Part shown: positions 48,473 to 60,291 of the stretch, piece by piece
How the letters are laid out: each line of letters begins with the position of its first letter
How positions within the stretch are numbered: position 1 is the first letter of the stretch
Assembly: GCA_964036045.1 (NCBI GenBank)
Contig: OZ038378.1
Coordinates: forward strand, 178,064,001 to 178,128,000
Reading direction: 5' to 3'
DNA: 64,000 bases
Origin: Eutreptiella sp. 'Long Island Sound 2002'
Lineage: Eukaryota > Protista > Euglenida
Translations under genes and position numbers: made by a program
The notes under the pieces: generated by a model
Databases searched by the model: none
Told to the model about the DNA's origin: nothing
Seen by the model: only the letters and a program-made list of their open reading frames with translations

Positions 48473-48729
48473 CCTCCCTTATACTCATGTTGGCGCCGCA
48501 GTACCGCGACCAAACGTAATGCGGCCGCTGTCAATCAATGACATACATGCAACCATCATTAACCTACTCTCAATCAATGACATACATGCAACCATCGTTA
48601 ACCTACCCGACGCACGGAAGCAAATATCTGGTGGAGAGGGGAACACACAATGACACAAGGCAGACTTTTTAACTTTTTTATCTACCTATCACGCACAAGA
48701 GCAAATGTTGGAACTCATGCAGTCGAAAA

Positions 48730-49140
48730 TGAATGGGATCGCGGTGAAGCGAAAGCCATTTGCAAACACAAAAGGGGGAAGGGGAATACAAAACAGACAT
48801 TGACATTCATGCGATAATGGGATCGCGGTGAAGCGAAAGCCATTTGCAAACACGTAAAGGGGGAGGGGAATACAAAACAAACAGTGACAATCATGCAATA
48901 ATGGGATCGCGGTGAAGCGAAAGCCATTTGCAAACGCATAAAGGGGGAGGGGAATACAAAACAAACAGTGACATTCGTGCAATAATGGGATCGCGGCGAA
49001 GCGAAAGCCATTTGCAAACTCAAAAGGAGAGAGGAGAAGACAAAACAGACGTTGACATTCATGCAATAATGGGATCGCGGTGAAGCGAAAGCCATTTGCC
49101 AATGCAAAAAGAGGGGAGGGGAATACAGAACACACAACTA
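48730..49140. repeat. 84-bp tandem repeat x5 in the Helitron 5' region
   Basis: gggatcgcgg starts at 48735, 48819, 48903, 48987 and 49071. Confidence 0.95.
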
Positions 49141-52100
49141 CATGCAATTGCAACCCCCAATTGACTTTCCTCCACCCTAGTGCGTACAAAAGCATAGGCA
49201 CTACCCCACCAGCTCGGTCCCCATATTCAGTCTTGATTTTGGGTTAGGATGCACAGGTCATGGTTAGAGGGAGGAGGTTAGGGAGCCTGTGATGAAGCAA
49301 CGCGTGGCCCTAGGGGCATGTAATCTGCCATGCCCCCCCCCCCTATTGCCCCTTCCAAACCCCCCCCAAATCACCATCGTTACCCCCCCCCCCCCGCAGG
49401 TGACTTTGCAAGTGGACATCCTAGGGCCCAAAAGCCCCCGTGGGGGAGAGTTCCCCCACCGGCGGTCCGGGGTGTTTGCTTGGATGCACTTGGCCAGCAG
49501 GTGGGCTCTGTTGGCACAACCGACCAAGGGAAAGGAAAGGGAAGGAGTGGTGAGAGGCCGATGGACACCACGAAGGAGTGGTGAGAGGCCGATGGACACC
49601 ACGGCCTATGGAGGGAAAGGCCAAGGGAAAGGAAAGGGAAGTAGAGAGGGAAGGTTAGGGCAAGGAGGAAGAGGAAGGTCACAGGGTGCCCCCATGTGTC
49701 ACGATGTGCCTCAGCCCATGAACAGCGTTGCCAGTCTACCAAGCCCAGCAACCCACCCACCCACCCAAAAGAGCTGACACCTCCCCCTGGGGGTACCTGC
49801 ACTTTTCCCAAAATCGGGAGAAAATCAGACAGACCCACCTACCCATCCTCAGACCCACCCACCCACCCCACGGTATAGTATCAATCAGTCACTAAGCAAT
49901 GGCTTGCTTCACACCCAAGAAATGGCCCACAGCCACACCTGGCGGCCTTCACTACTGACAGGCATCCCTCAGCACCACTCGCACTGTGCCCAGCGAATGC
50001 TTTCGGGGAGCGGGTAGCAGACAGCATCATCACACCGCATACCAAGTGGTAATACATCTTGTCACATGCATCTGCAAATTTACGGTGGCACTTTCGTAGC
50101 TCTTCCCTGCACACATGCACACAGCATACAAACACATCCCGCCCTCTGACGGCAGTCAGGGGAAGCATTGGGCACAAAACTGCGGTCACAAAAAAGACAG
50201 TAAGAATAGGTCGCCGTGCTTCGACATAGCCGTGCTAGAGAACGGGGAGGGTGGGGGGGCAGGTCGCGAGGTATGATGCTGGATCATGGTGGGCACAAGA
50301 GACTGTAACACAGCTGCCCAACATGCGGCCATGCGTGCACATTTCTACACAGCCCTCGCACCCCTCACGTTTGTCATCTGCTCATTTGCAGCGTTGTGCT
50401 TTTTGCGTGGATGTGCAGCCCCACAGAGGATGTGCATAGAGCGGGCCTAGAACCAGATGCTGCATCTGACACCACAAAACCAGACATGCTGTACAACATG
50501 ATCCCCTCCTGGTGTTTGCTAGGGGAAATCGTTGCACTGTCTGAGCACTGCGTGCTGCTTTTAGGCTGTACTCCCCCGCAAAAGCCCGAAGACCAACCCC
50601 TTCCAAAAGCTCTCAAACCCAGGCCACCCCCACAAGCCCAGCTCTGCACAGTCGTTTCCTAACCCAAATCAATGTTATACCCAAATCGTAACTGTAGCTC
50701 CAGGCCTGGCTGCTCCCCCACTGCCAACCCTGTGTACCCATGCATCCCTCTGGCGACCAAGAAACTCACAGTTGGCAATGCTTTCCCTGCTGCTCCTCCT
50801 TGTCGCCAAACACGCCTCAGCAGAAAGAGCAGAAAAATTCAACGGTGTGAGCCTTGTGTGTTGATCTGACAATGCTGGCGACTGCTGTAGACTTCACGGT
50901 GACTGCCAATGTCAATACCTGAACCCCAACCACACTCTGAGCGCGCATGTGGGCGCGTCGCCCAATGACAAGGGGTGCATACCCCCAATTTGGGTCAGGG
51001 GCACTGGGGGAAGTGGTCGTCATCACTGCTGTTCGGACACTTGTGTACAACTCCTGTGAGTGACGTGAGTAACCCTCACCAGAATGCCGACCCCCCAAAC
51101 ACGGGCCGCAAAAATACTGCCCTTTTTGGATCTCCCTGCGAAGCCCACTGTAAGATGGCGCATCCCTGGGAGACTGAAAAGGTGGTGGTCCAGCCCTCCC
51201 TCCCTCGTGTCACTATGGCAGTCCGTATACCACCAGGTCCCGCACAACTCTATATCCATTTTTTCAGAGGAGCTGCACTCTGCTGCGCAGGCCTTGCTCC
51301 ACTCCTCCAGCTGGTAATCGAATCGTCCAACCCTCAACAACCCTCAGAATTGGCAGCCTTTCCCCCAACACTCAGGACCCTTGCAAAGCTCTACCGCTTC
51401 ATGCTTCAGTGCAGCAAGACTACCAGTAAGCATGAAGGAAACCACCCCTCAACTGAACGCAGATGTAGCCATTCGCCGGTGAGTGCTTATGTGTGGTATA
51501 AAAAATGCAAAAAACAAAACAAACAAACAACAACAAGTAATTTTCGGCAGCAGGTGTGGTGTGCACCCAGGGACTTGCCCCAAAAAGCAACGACAACATG
51601 CGCTAGAACAATGCAGCAGGCGGAAACACCAAGCATTAGCACCACCCTGCAGGGTGTCAACCTCGACCTCCATTCTATTTGTGCATGTCAGTTCCAAGAG
51701 TTTGCGGTTGAGGAGAAAACAAAAGCCATAAGGCCACCAGCCCCTTCTCTAGCTCAAGCTCTCATTCTCCCTCTCCCTCAGGTGCTCATATCCGTCGTTT
51801 TCGGGTGACAAGTAGTTTGTCCGGTTGAGCAAGAAAATGTTCCAATCAAGCTCATTCAAATGTTTAAAAAAACTATGCGCATCGATACTTAACACCCACG
51901 TGACATTGTAGGAGACCCTGTTTGTGCAGGAAACAAGATGTTACCCACTTTCGCGAACAAGAGACAGTAATGTTTCGGTGCAAATAAGTGAAAAAGTGGG
52001 GAGTAGCTTTTGTGACAAGGAGACCGTAATGTTCAGTTGCAAAATGAGTGAAAAAGTGGGGAGTAGCAAAAAAGGGCGGAGGATGGAGAGAGCTCTAATA

Positions 52101-55100
52101 GTTTCTGTGATAGTTTGATTTCGACATGTGTGTCGAACATATTGGAGGAGGTTTTTGTGGTAAATGTTGCACCACACCTCAATCCCCGTTAGAATCCGGG
52201 CGCGCATACAGGCCACGCAGCAACTCTTGCCCCAACTCCTCATGGGAAACCAAATTTTGGTGCCCAATGCACAACACCATTTTTGTCGACCCACGGAATT
52301 CTGGTGCTAGAAGGGATGAGGTTTAAGCGACAACAGTGGTTTTTCCACCATCCACGTGTGTCCGCTCAGGCTTCCGAATTCAAGTGGGGTTTGAAATGGT
52401 GACATAATCCCCTCAAAGCAACAATTTGAAGGAAACCGTTGGGAAGGAGCTTGGTAGAGAGGCCACAGGCGAACGCCCAGGGCCCCACACACTGGTCCTA
52501 ACCCTAAGCTGGTAGGGATGGAGGGAGGGAGTCTTTATGTTGCATGCCCTTGTAAAAGATGTACAATCAAGGTTCGCAGGCAATCCTTGGCAATCCTTGC
52601 AGGCCTCCTCAGAAGGATGCCTCCGGACCCATGCAAGTCAACGTCTGGAAAGATCCCATCAATGATTGCAAGTGTGTCACCTTGCTGTTGTAGTGGTCAG
52701 CTCCACCACATTAGCCTAGCCATCACCACTCTGTCTTGTGTTGTAGAGGAGAACCCTGGTCCTCTTCACGCAGCCCATGCAAATCGGTGCGGCCGCTAAA
52801 AATGAAAACAAAGATGTCTGTTTTCGAACAGGGAGCATGATACAACAGCAAAATTAGTGTTCACATCTCAATGCCCCCCCCCCCCCCAACACCCTTCCAA
52901 TTTGTTGCATGTGTTGTTGTGTGGCTAGGAGCTGCGCCTAGCCGCGGCTGGGTGGCTGGGAGGCTTTGGAAACCCCCCCCCCCTGGCTGGAAACAACCAA
53001 AATACGTAGTGCACCATTGTACCGCCTCTTCTCACGCATGGTATTGGTATGGGGATGGGTTTGCAAGGCTGGGGGGGGGTCGGCCACCTTTCAAGAACAC
53101 CCTTACCTCATACTCCAAGTTGCCTTGCCTTCGGAACCTCCCATAAAGACCAAAAACACAAAACATAGAATCACCGCATCAGACGTATGTTCAACTGCAA
53201 ATGTTGTTGTTACCGATGTAAACCTCAGAGTACACAATTGTCCTCAATCCGAAATATACACCATCCATATGTGATTTTGGTTGGGCATGCCAACAAAATC
53301 ACACATTTTTTCCTATTTAAAAAATGCATGCACTGGGGCATCTCCATGCATGCTTGCCGACGTTAGTTGGACACGGGGATGCTACGACACAATGCAACGG
53401 CAATTGTGTTGGTGATCGTGCAACTGGACCACTAGGTCCGGATTCCCACACAAGCAAACAACCCAAAACCCCATCCCGATGCATGATGTGCATTGTTTAA
53501 AGGGAAGGAAATTTTACCACACACTCCATGGATCGGTGACATCATCTTAAGATCTTGAGAGCAAGGGCGGTGAGGCAATTATGCATGTACAAAGCAATGG
53601 TGGTTGGCTGGGTGGCTGGCTAGGTGGCCGGCTGGCGCTCGCCGGCCGGCCGGCCGAAACCCCCCCCCTCCTCCCCCCCCCCTGGCTGGCGCAGCTCCCT
53701 AGTGCCTCGCCCATCACAAATGGCCCAAGTGCGGAAGGGTATGGAGACCTCAAGGTGTGACCTAATAATAATCCTCACACGCACAACAAAGCGTAACCAC
53801 TGCTACTGCAAAGTGTTTTCATGTGCTGGAGATTGGGATGTTCAATACCGCGATTACATTTGGGGCGCCCTATGTCCATAGCCCAAAATGTTGACCAATA
53901 TCCAAAATTTTTGCAAACCTTCTTTTTTCATCAAGATTGTCATTGAGACATTGGAGCTAGAAATAATTCTTTTTAATATTACTGTTTTCACAGCTCCATT
54001 GTTCCTTGTGTTACCAACTTTTCAGTCAACTTCGTTGAAAGGTGCATTCACAATACGCTGTTTGCCTTGATGCTAACTTGCAATGACTACCCTAATGAGC
54101 CCACCTCGAGGTATTCTGTGAGAAAGACAAACCGATCATCCAAACAATTCGCCATGAAGGGTTGGGGGATGGGACAACCAAAGCAGACACCATACATCCG
54201 CCTTTGCCCTTTGGGGTTGTTATAGCTCACTGCAAGTGACCGTTGTCCACAAGTAGGATTTAAAATTTTCGTGAAAATTGAGGATTTGAAATTTCAGATG
54301 AAAAATAACGTGAAATTTTCGTGAAATTTTCAATTTTTTTTGAAAATTATTGAAATTATGAAATTTATGGTCCCTATGGGAAGGAGGGGGCTCTATAGTA
54401 GCATAGCACTGAATCCTTGCACCATAACCAAGCCCTTGATGAAAGACATTAATGGACACATGACAATTGGAATGACACCGGACCCTGACCCCCAACCCCC
54501 CCCTCTCCGTGTTACTCAAAAATGGGTGGCAACCAAGCAAAAATACCTTGCACCGGGTAAAACTGTGTTACTCAAGGGTTGCTCAAACCCCCCAACCCCC
54601 CTTATTTTAACCTGGTAACATAAGGTACCATGAAACATTCCCTAGCTAGTACTCCGAATTCAGTTGCACGATGCAATGCGCACGGCAGGCAACAAAAGAA
54701 TCCTCCGCCCTTGATACCGTCTTGGGAGTAACACCATCACCCTTGTACTCCACTACAATGAAGTGTCCCTAGGTGCTCAAGTTCTTGTTTTTCATGTTGT
54801 TTATGAAAAAAAGAAGGAATGGCACATTTTTAGTGAATGAACCACAAGATCCGCCCAATGCAAAAAGCGATGGCACCAAGACATCCTGGTATAAAAAGAT
54901 CCATCCGCTCATGGACCGCACTCACCAGCATGCACTAAACTCAACAGCCGAGAAAAGCATTCACATGAAGCACAGACCACTCCGTCTTACATGCAGTGTT
55001 GAACCCCGTATCCTCTTCACGTGTGCCCTATAGTAGCCCAAATCCCCACCAATGCAAATACGAATTCAAAAGTTGCAAGCACATGGAAATGGCACCCAAC

Positions 55101-56994
55101 CCTTCAACCCCAACCCACCCTCTCCTCTTCTATTCATCCCCCCTAGGTTGGTGATGAACAGCAGGTGTAGATTAGCAGTATGGCACAGACACGACACCCC
55201 AATGCACGTCTCCAATGCACTGCTTCAAGGACAATCTTTGCAAGAACAACCAAGGTGCACGCACTACTACTGACATGGGTAGAGAGCACTGACATGGGTA
55301 GAGCCCTCACATTCTCTCAAAATCACTCAAACTCAAAATCTCAAGCGGAGATCCGAACACCCAAAACACGAGAGGCCGGGACGAAGGGCCTCTACCTCTA
55401 CCCACTATCAATCACATACAAAACACGCGATGTTCAGGTCCTTCAACTCCTTTAGGTCCTTCAACAACAACACATTTTGAGGGGCGGTGGTCATGATTCA
55501 CCTGCGATAGAGGAAAGTGTGTTGTGGCCATTCAAACCAAAGCACATCAAACAACCCCATCCGACTCAACTTCCAAAAGATATGGCGTTGGCGCATTACC
55601 CCAAACGGCATATATGACTTACGAGAGCCCGCTGAGCACCAACAACACTTCGAAGACAATCCAAGAGCACTAGCAAATGATCACATCCAGCGCACAAGTC
55701 CATGTAGTAGTTGAGCGATTCAAGCCCGCACAGCAGGCACCAAGAGCAACTTGATCGGTTGAATCAACAGATTGTGACACAAGGGGCGTGTGCTGATCCA
55801 CTAGGGGGTGAACCTAGCCATGGCGGCTAGTGGCTGGTGGGTCGAGAATAGGGAGAGATCCCCCCCCCTCCACCCCCCCTCTAGACGTTGCTAGCCGCGG
55901 CTGGGGGTGAATTGTGCCGAGGCCCCGTGTGGACAAAAATACTAAAAAAACGCGAACCGTAGGGTGCTCCTAGGGATGTCAAGCAACTCAATCGAATGGA
56001 ACACAATGCAATTGGACATGCATGCATAGGAGGTGCAATAACAAAGGCAAATGGACCACGACTTCTCACCATATCCCATCGTGATAGCCCAAGACAGCGG
56101 GCCACATGGTGGAATGTGGGAACATAGAGAAAGTGACATAATGTTTTAGCACTTACCAACATGTTGCTGGTGGAAGGTAAGGCTGTATCGGGTAGGTGGG
56201 GTGAGCTAGCAAGCACGCAGCAGCACCAGGACAAAGCTGAACACCGTTATAACATAGACTGCGAGAGCAAGTTGTAATCGTCATGGAGGTACCGTGTTGT
56301 CCACATTAGTTAAAAAAAAATTTGAATGGCGGTGCAAAGGCCGAGGGGGGGTGGAGTTTGGAGTTTGCATCCCAAAATTTTATTAGTGTTCCGTAACCAT
56401 GGCTAGACATCACTATAAGGTAGAAGTGGGCAATGCATTGGAAGAAATCATCAATTGATCAACTAGTTGATGAAGTGAATTGAATTAAACACACAGGACC
56501 CGGGTTCTAGCCAGAGTTTCCCATTGGGGACTTTGGGAACTCTAGTTGTACTAATGTAATCTTTGTAACCTAATGTACTTTGTTTGGGGGGCTCCAAGGG
56601 TCATTCACAACATGGCGAAGGCCACACGGCTCACCCAAAAGCCATGCAACATCATCCAAAGCTCATGGTTGATTTGAGATACGTCCACATGTTGGAATGG
56701 GGTTATGACAATTCAAGCAACAAGCGCCAAATTTGAAAAGTCCAAAAGTGAAGCACATGGACAACGGCTGGTATACAACTTGTTTCCTTCCTATCACATT
56801 TGAGTGGCGTGAAATTCTTGGCTCATGAAACATTGTCTCGTAACGCCCAATGATGGGGGCTGTGTGCGAGTGGAGCTCACCGGTGATTGAATGACGCGAG
56901 GTTGGAGTGGGCGCTTTAATGAATTCGTTGTCTTGCACGAAACCACACCACTTGCTCCCTCTTCAGGCATGACAAAAGGGCACTAGAAAGACCA

Positions 56995-57240
56995 ATGGAG
57001 CTTACCCATGTCACGGCACGTGCCGCGGCACACTTTTCGATGCCCCCCCCCCCCCCCTCCATGTCATGGTGGCACGGCCGGCAGAGGTGACACAGGTGAC
57101 ACAAGTGCCAATCCCCTCGTACACGAACCATTGCATTGCGTACCGTGCCATCGCCCCCCCCCCCCCCATGTCATGCTGGCACAAGGGGCAAAGGTGACAC
57201 AAGAGAGGTGCACAAGCACGATAAAGCACCGGCACGCCTC
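56995..57240. repeat. Degenerate tandem duplication, ~115-bp unit
   Basis: C-run followed by catgtcatg.tggcac...aggtgacaca occurs twice. Confidence 0.65.
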
Positions 57241-58479
57241 CACAAAACAAAACAAATTCATGCAAATTGCAACACACGAGCCAGCATCATTGTTTTGCAG
57301 CCCAAGACAGCAGGCCTCAACCGAATCGTCCCAGATGTGGTGCATCAATATATATGCCTACATGTAGACTCCCTGCACAACTAGAAGCAGAATGGCAGTC
57401 TGCTTGTTCACCAAAAGAACAAATTCCCATGGGCTGTTTTCAGAGCAAAGGGCACATGTGCGAATCATTCACTCATGTAGGGAATCTTGCAAAATCAGTT
57501 TGCACCTAACTACACACAGGCAAGGTCGCCCAGAGTGTAACTAATTGTTTTGCAGAAGGTGTTGTTCCTGCTCTTTTGGGGGCCCTTGGTCTCATGTTTG
57601 TTGATCATGCATGCACAAAAAAAGAGATGGCCTAGTTTGCTTGCTTCGCTGCCTTAACTTAACCTATTGAGTTTTTGCTTGATCGCTCTGCATTGCGTTG
57701 CAAACAATGTCCTCTTCAAGTGGGGGAAATTGAAAAAGTGCAAGGCAAATGAAAAATTGCACATGTCGAATGCTACTACTTGGAACAAGTTCACCTCAAT
57801 TTCAGCGTCGTCTCCCACTTTAAAAGTGTTCGCTCGGAGTACTTGTACGTGCCTCATTTGTACGACTTCAAACTGTGGAGACCCCAAAAGGTCTTATGTT
57901 CTACCCCATCCATTCTCGCGTCCAGAGGACGACAACGAGCATGACAACGAGCATGACAATCACACCACAAATCCAAAGAAAGCCTCCATGCAGCCGAGTT
58001 TTCGCATGATTTATTGCAAGGTATTTAAACTTCTAGGTTATTTCCCCCAGTTGGCCATCTTAGTCTCAGCCATGCAACAGTTTGTGAAGCAAGGCAATGT
58101 GCTTGGGTCCCATGTGTCCCTTGAACCATTTGAGCCCGCGATGTGGGAACGTTGATATCGATGTCAAACATTCATAGTGCAAGAGCAAAGTGCAGTGTGT
58201 CATTGCGCCGAAACGAAACGTGGGAACATTTCCGGAGAAATGGTATTTAGATCACCCACACAATACCCCCGAAAACAATGCTCACGTGCATAATGGTGTG
58301 TTGTGTCATCAGAAATTTGGCTTCGAATGTATTGTGAGTGCCGAAGGGCCAGTGAGATCAAACACGGAAACACGCACGGCGACTGACAAGAGCATCAGAC
58401 AAAACATGTTCTCAACCGCAAAATGGACATCTAGAAAGCTCAAGTTGTACTCCACCCCAACTCTTGCATCTTAATCTTA

Positions 58480-58605
58480 AAACCGTGTAGGGAGGGAAAT
58501 TTTGATAGAAAAAAACCGTGTACGTGCACCGGTTTTCTGGACCCAAAAAACCGTGTACGTGCACGGGTTTTTTTCTGAGAAAACCGTGTACGTACATGGT
58601 TTTCG
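58480..58605. repeat. Array of ~24-bp near-palindromes AAAACCGTGTACGT(G/A)CA(C/T)(C/G)GGTTTT
   Basis: Three full copies at ~34-bp spacing plus a half copy. Confidence 0.8.
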
Positions 58606-58669
58606 ACATAAGGGAATTTTTTTGGGGCAGAACTTGGGAGGTATATTCCTTAAGTATTGTGCACATCCG

Positions 58670-58671
<2 letters not shown>

Positions 58672-58737
<66 letters not shown>

Positions 58738-58807
58738 AAGAGAGAGAGAGGGAGGGAGGGAGGGAGGGAGAGAGAAAGGGAGAGAGAGCGTGATAGAGAG
58801 GCATACG

Positions 58808-58889
<82 letters not shown>

Positions 58890-58910
58890 CAAACAAAGAG
58901 AGAGCGAGAG
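58672..58910. repeat. Compound (GA)n microsatellite
   Basis: Directly visible. Confidence 0.97.
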
Positions 58911-60291
58911 ATACAAACAAAGAGAGAAATAGCCAAAAAACGGCCATGGTTTTCGCAGAGAAAACCCGTGCATGAACACATTTTTTGTAATAATATGCCC
59001 AGTAGCATGGTACTAAAATGATGTCAAGGTCAAAACAACCAACGCGACACAAGTCAAACCCTAGAGTGCACAATACTCTCCAACTATTAATGAATTCTCA
59101 AGAGATCACTTGGAAGGACTCGTCAGTGGGGCATGCAAACAAGCATAAAACAACAGTGGTGGCTTGTGCCCATAGACTGCAAAGAGAGCGATCATGTGTC
59201 TTTCGTCCTTAGCAAGTGTACGAATTTCTCAAGAGGTCACATAAATGCAAGGCACGCGTAGTCTCATTGATTCACGTGTATGCACATTGTGGTGATACAA
59301 AATTCATGGCCAGATGCAAGATGGCTGCTAGCGGCATCTTACAGTGCGAATCCCCGGATAAAGGATAGGGGACGAGAGGAAGGCGAGGACGAAGCACAGG
59401 ACGCCAAGTAATCCTCGGCTCCGCAGCCTGCCCAAGGCCTCTGCCCTATGCTAGCAGATCAAAACCTTCCCTATGGATTTTTTCTTGAATTTCTAGAGCA
59501 CAGTGCACCTTTATATATATCTCGACTGGGTCTGGTCTGGGCCGAATTTTCAATAGGTCAGGTGCTTCGATGGTCGCGCGTGTCGGGGGAATGGACATCT
59601 TTTTTGGAATATTTTTCAAGACCTTTCTGATCGTTTGAGAATGCGTTTTTTACACCATTATAAAATTAAAACGATTCCACGTTGCTTCATATATTTTTTT
59701 TGCGTCGTAATGCCGTTTTCGAAATCTCGGAATTTCGACTGTCCTGACCTGTTTCGTTCTATGCAGCATGTCTTCATGCCTCAAAATACTCCTTCTGTGG
59801 GGTCTGTGCCTATGCTTCATCGAACCACCTTCTCTTCAAGGCCAAGTATGTCTTTTTGTGGTGCAAAGTAGTGCTTTTTTGGTTACTTTGGTTGTTGAAG
59901 TTTGATCATTCGTCACAAACTAAGATTGCGATTCGACAGGAGTGTTGCTCGTAGTTAACTTATGCTGTGGAGAGGCACGTAGTAAACTTATGCTGTGGAG
60001 AGGCACGTTTCGAGGTTAAAAGTGCCTTGTCACTTTGCGATTCCAAAATCAGAGTTACATTCTTGGCCAATTCCCAGTTCCAATTCCCAGCATCCACCGG
60101 TTTGGTCCAAACTTCGTTGGTATGTGATTGCCCGTGCAATGGGCATCCACGTACAGATGGGCATTTGGACCTCCCAAGTGCCACGGTGCAAATCTTGATA
60201 CCGGATCTGATTTATGGCGTATGGGCAATGCTTAATTTAGGTGCCGGCAACTCCAAATTAGGAAGCGCTCCACATTTTTTCCTGGTTTCTA

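Larger units (their letters stand above)
37795..49220 (-). mobile_element. Helitron2/Helentron-like rolling-circle transposon, ~11.4 kb, decayed
   Basis: RepHel coding region, subterminal inverted blocks at both ends, and a 10-bp-stem hairpin just outside the downstream inverted block. Confidence 0.85.

Noticed and set aside
48730-49140. 84-bp array as a CRISPR array
   Set aside because: The intervening sequences are homologous to each other rather than unique spacers; no cas genes; eukaryotic context.
49881-52800. Coding-like stretches, including a possible AG/GT-bounded exon at ~49950-50110, as the missing 5' exons of the F-box gene
   Set aside because: No F-box or other recognisable motif, and no way to link them without transcripts.
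58510-58605. Palindromic 24-bp repeats as a mini-CRISPR
   Set aside because: Spacers are only ~10 bp and there are only three units.
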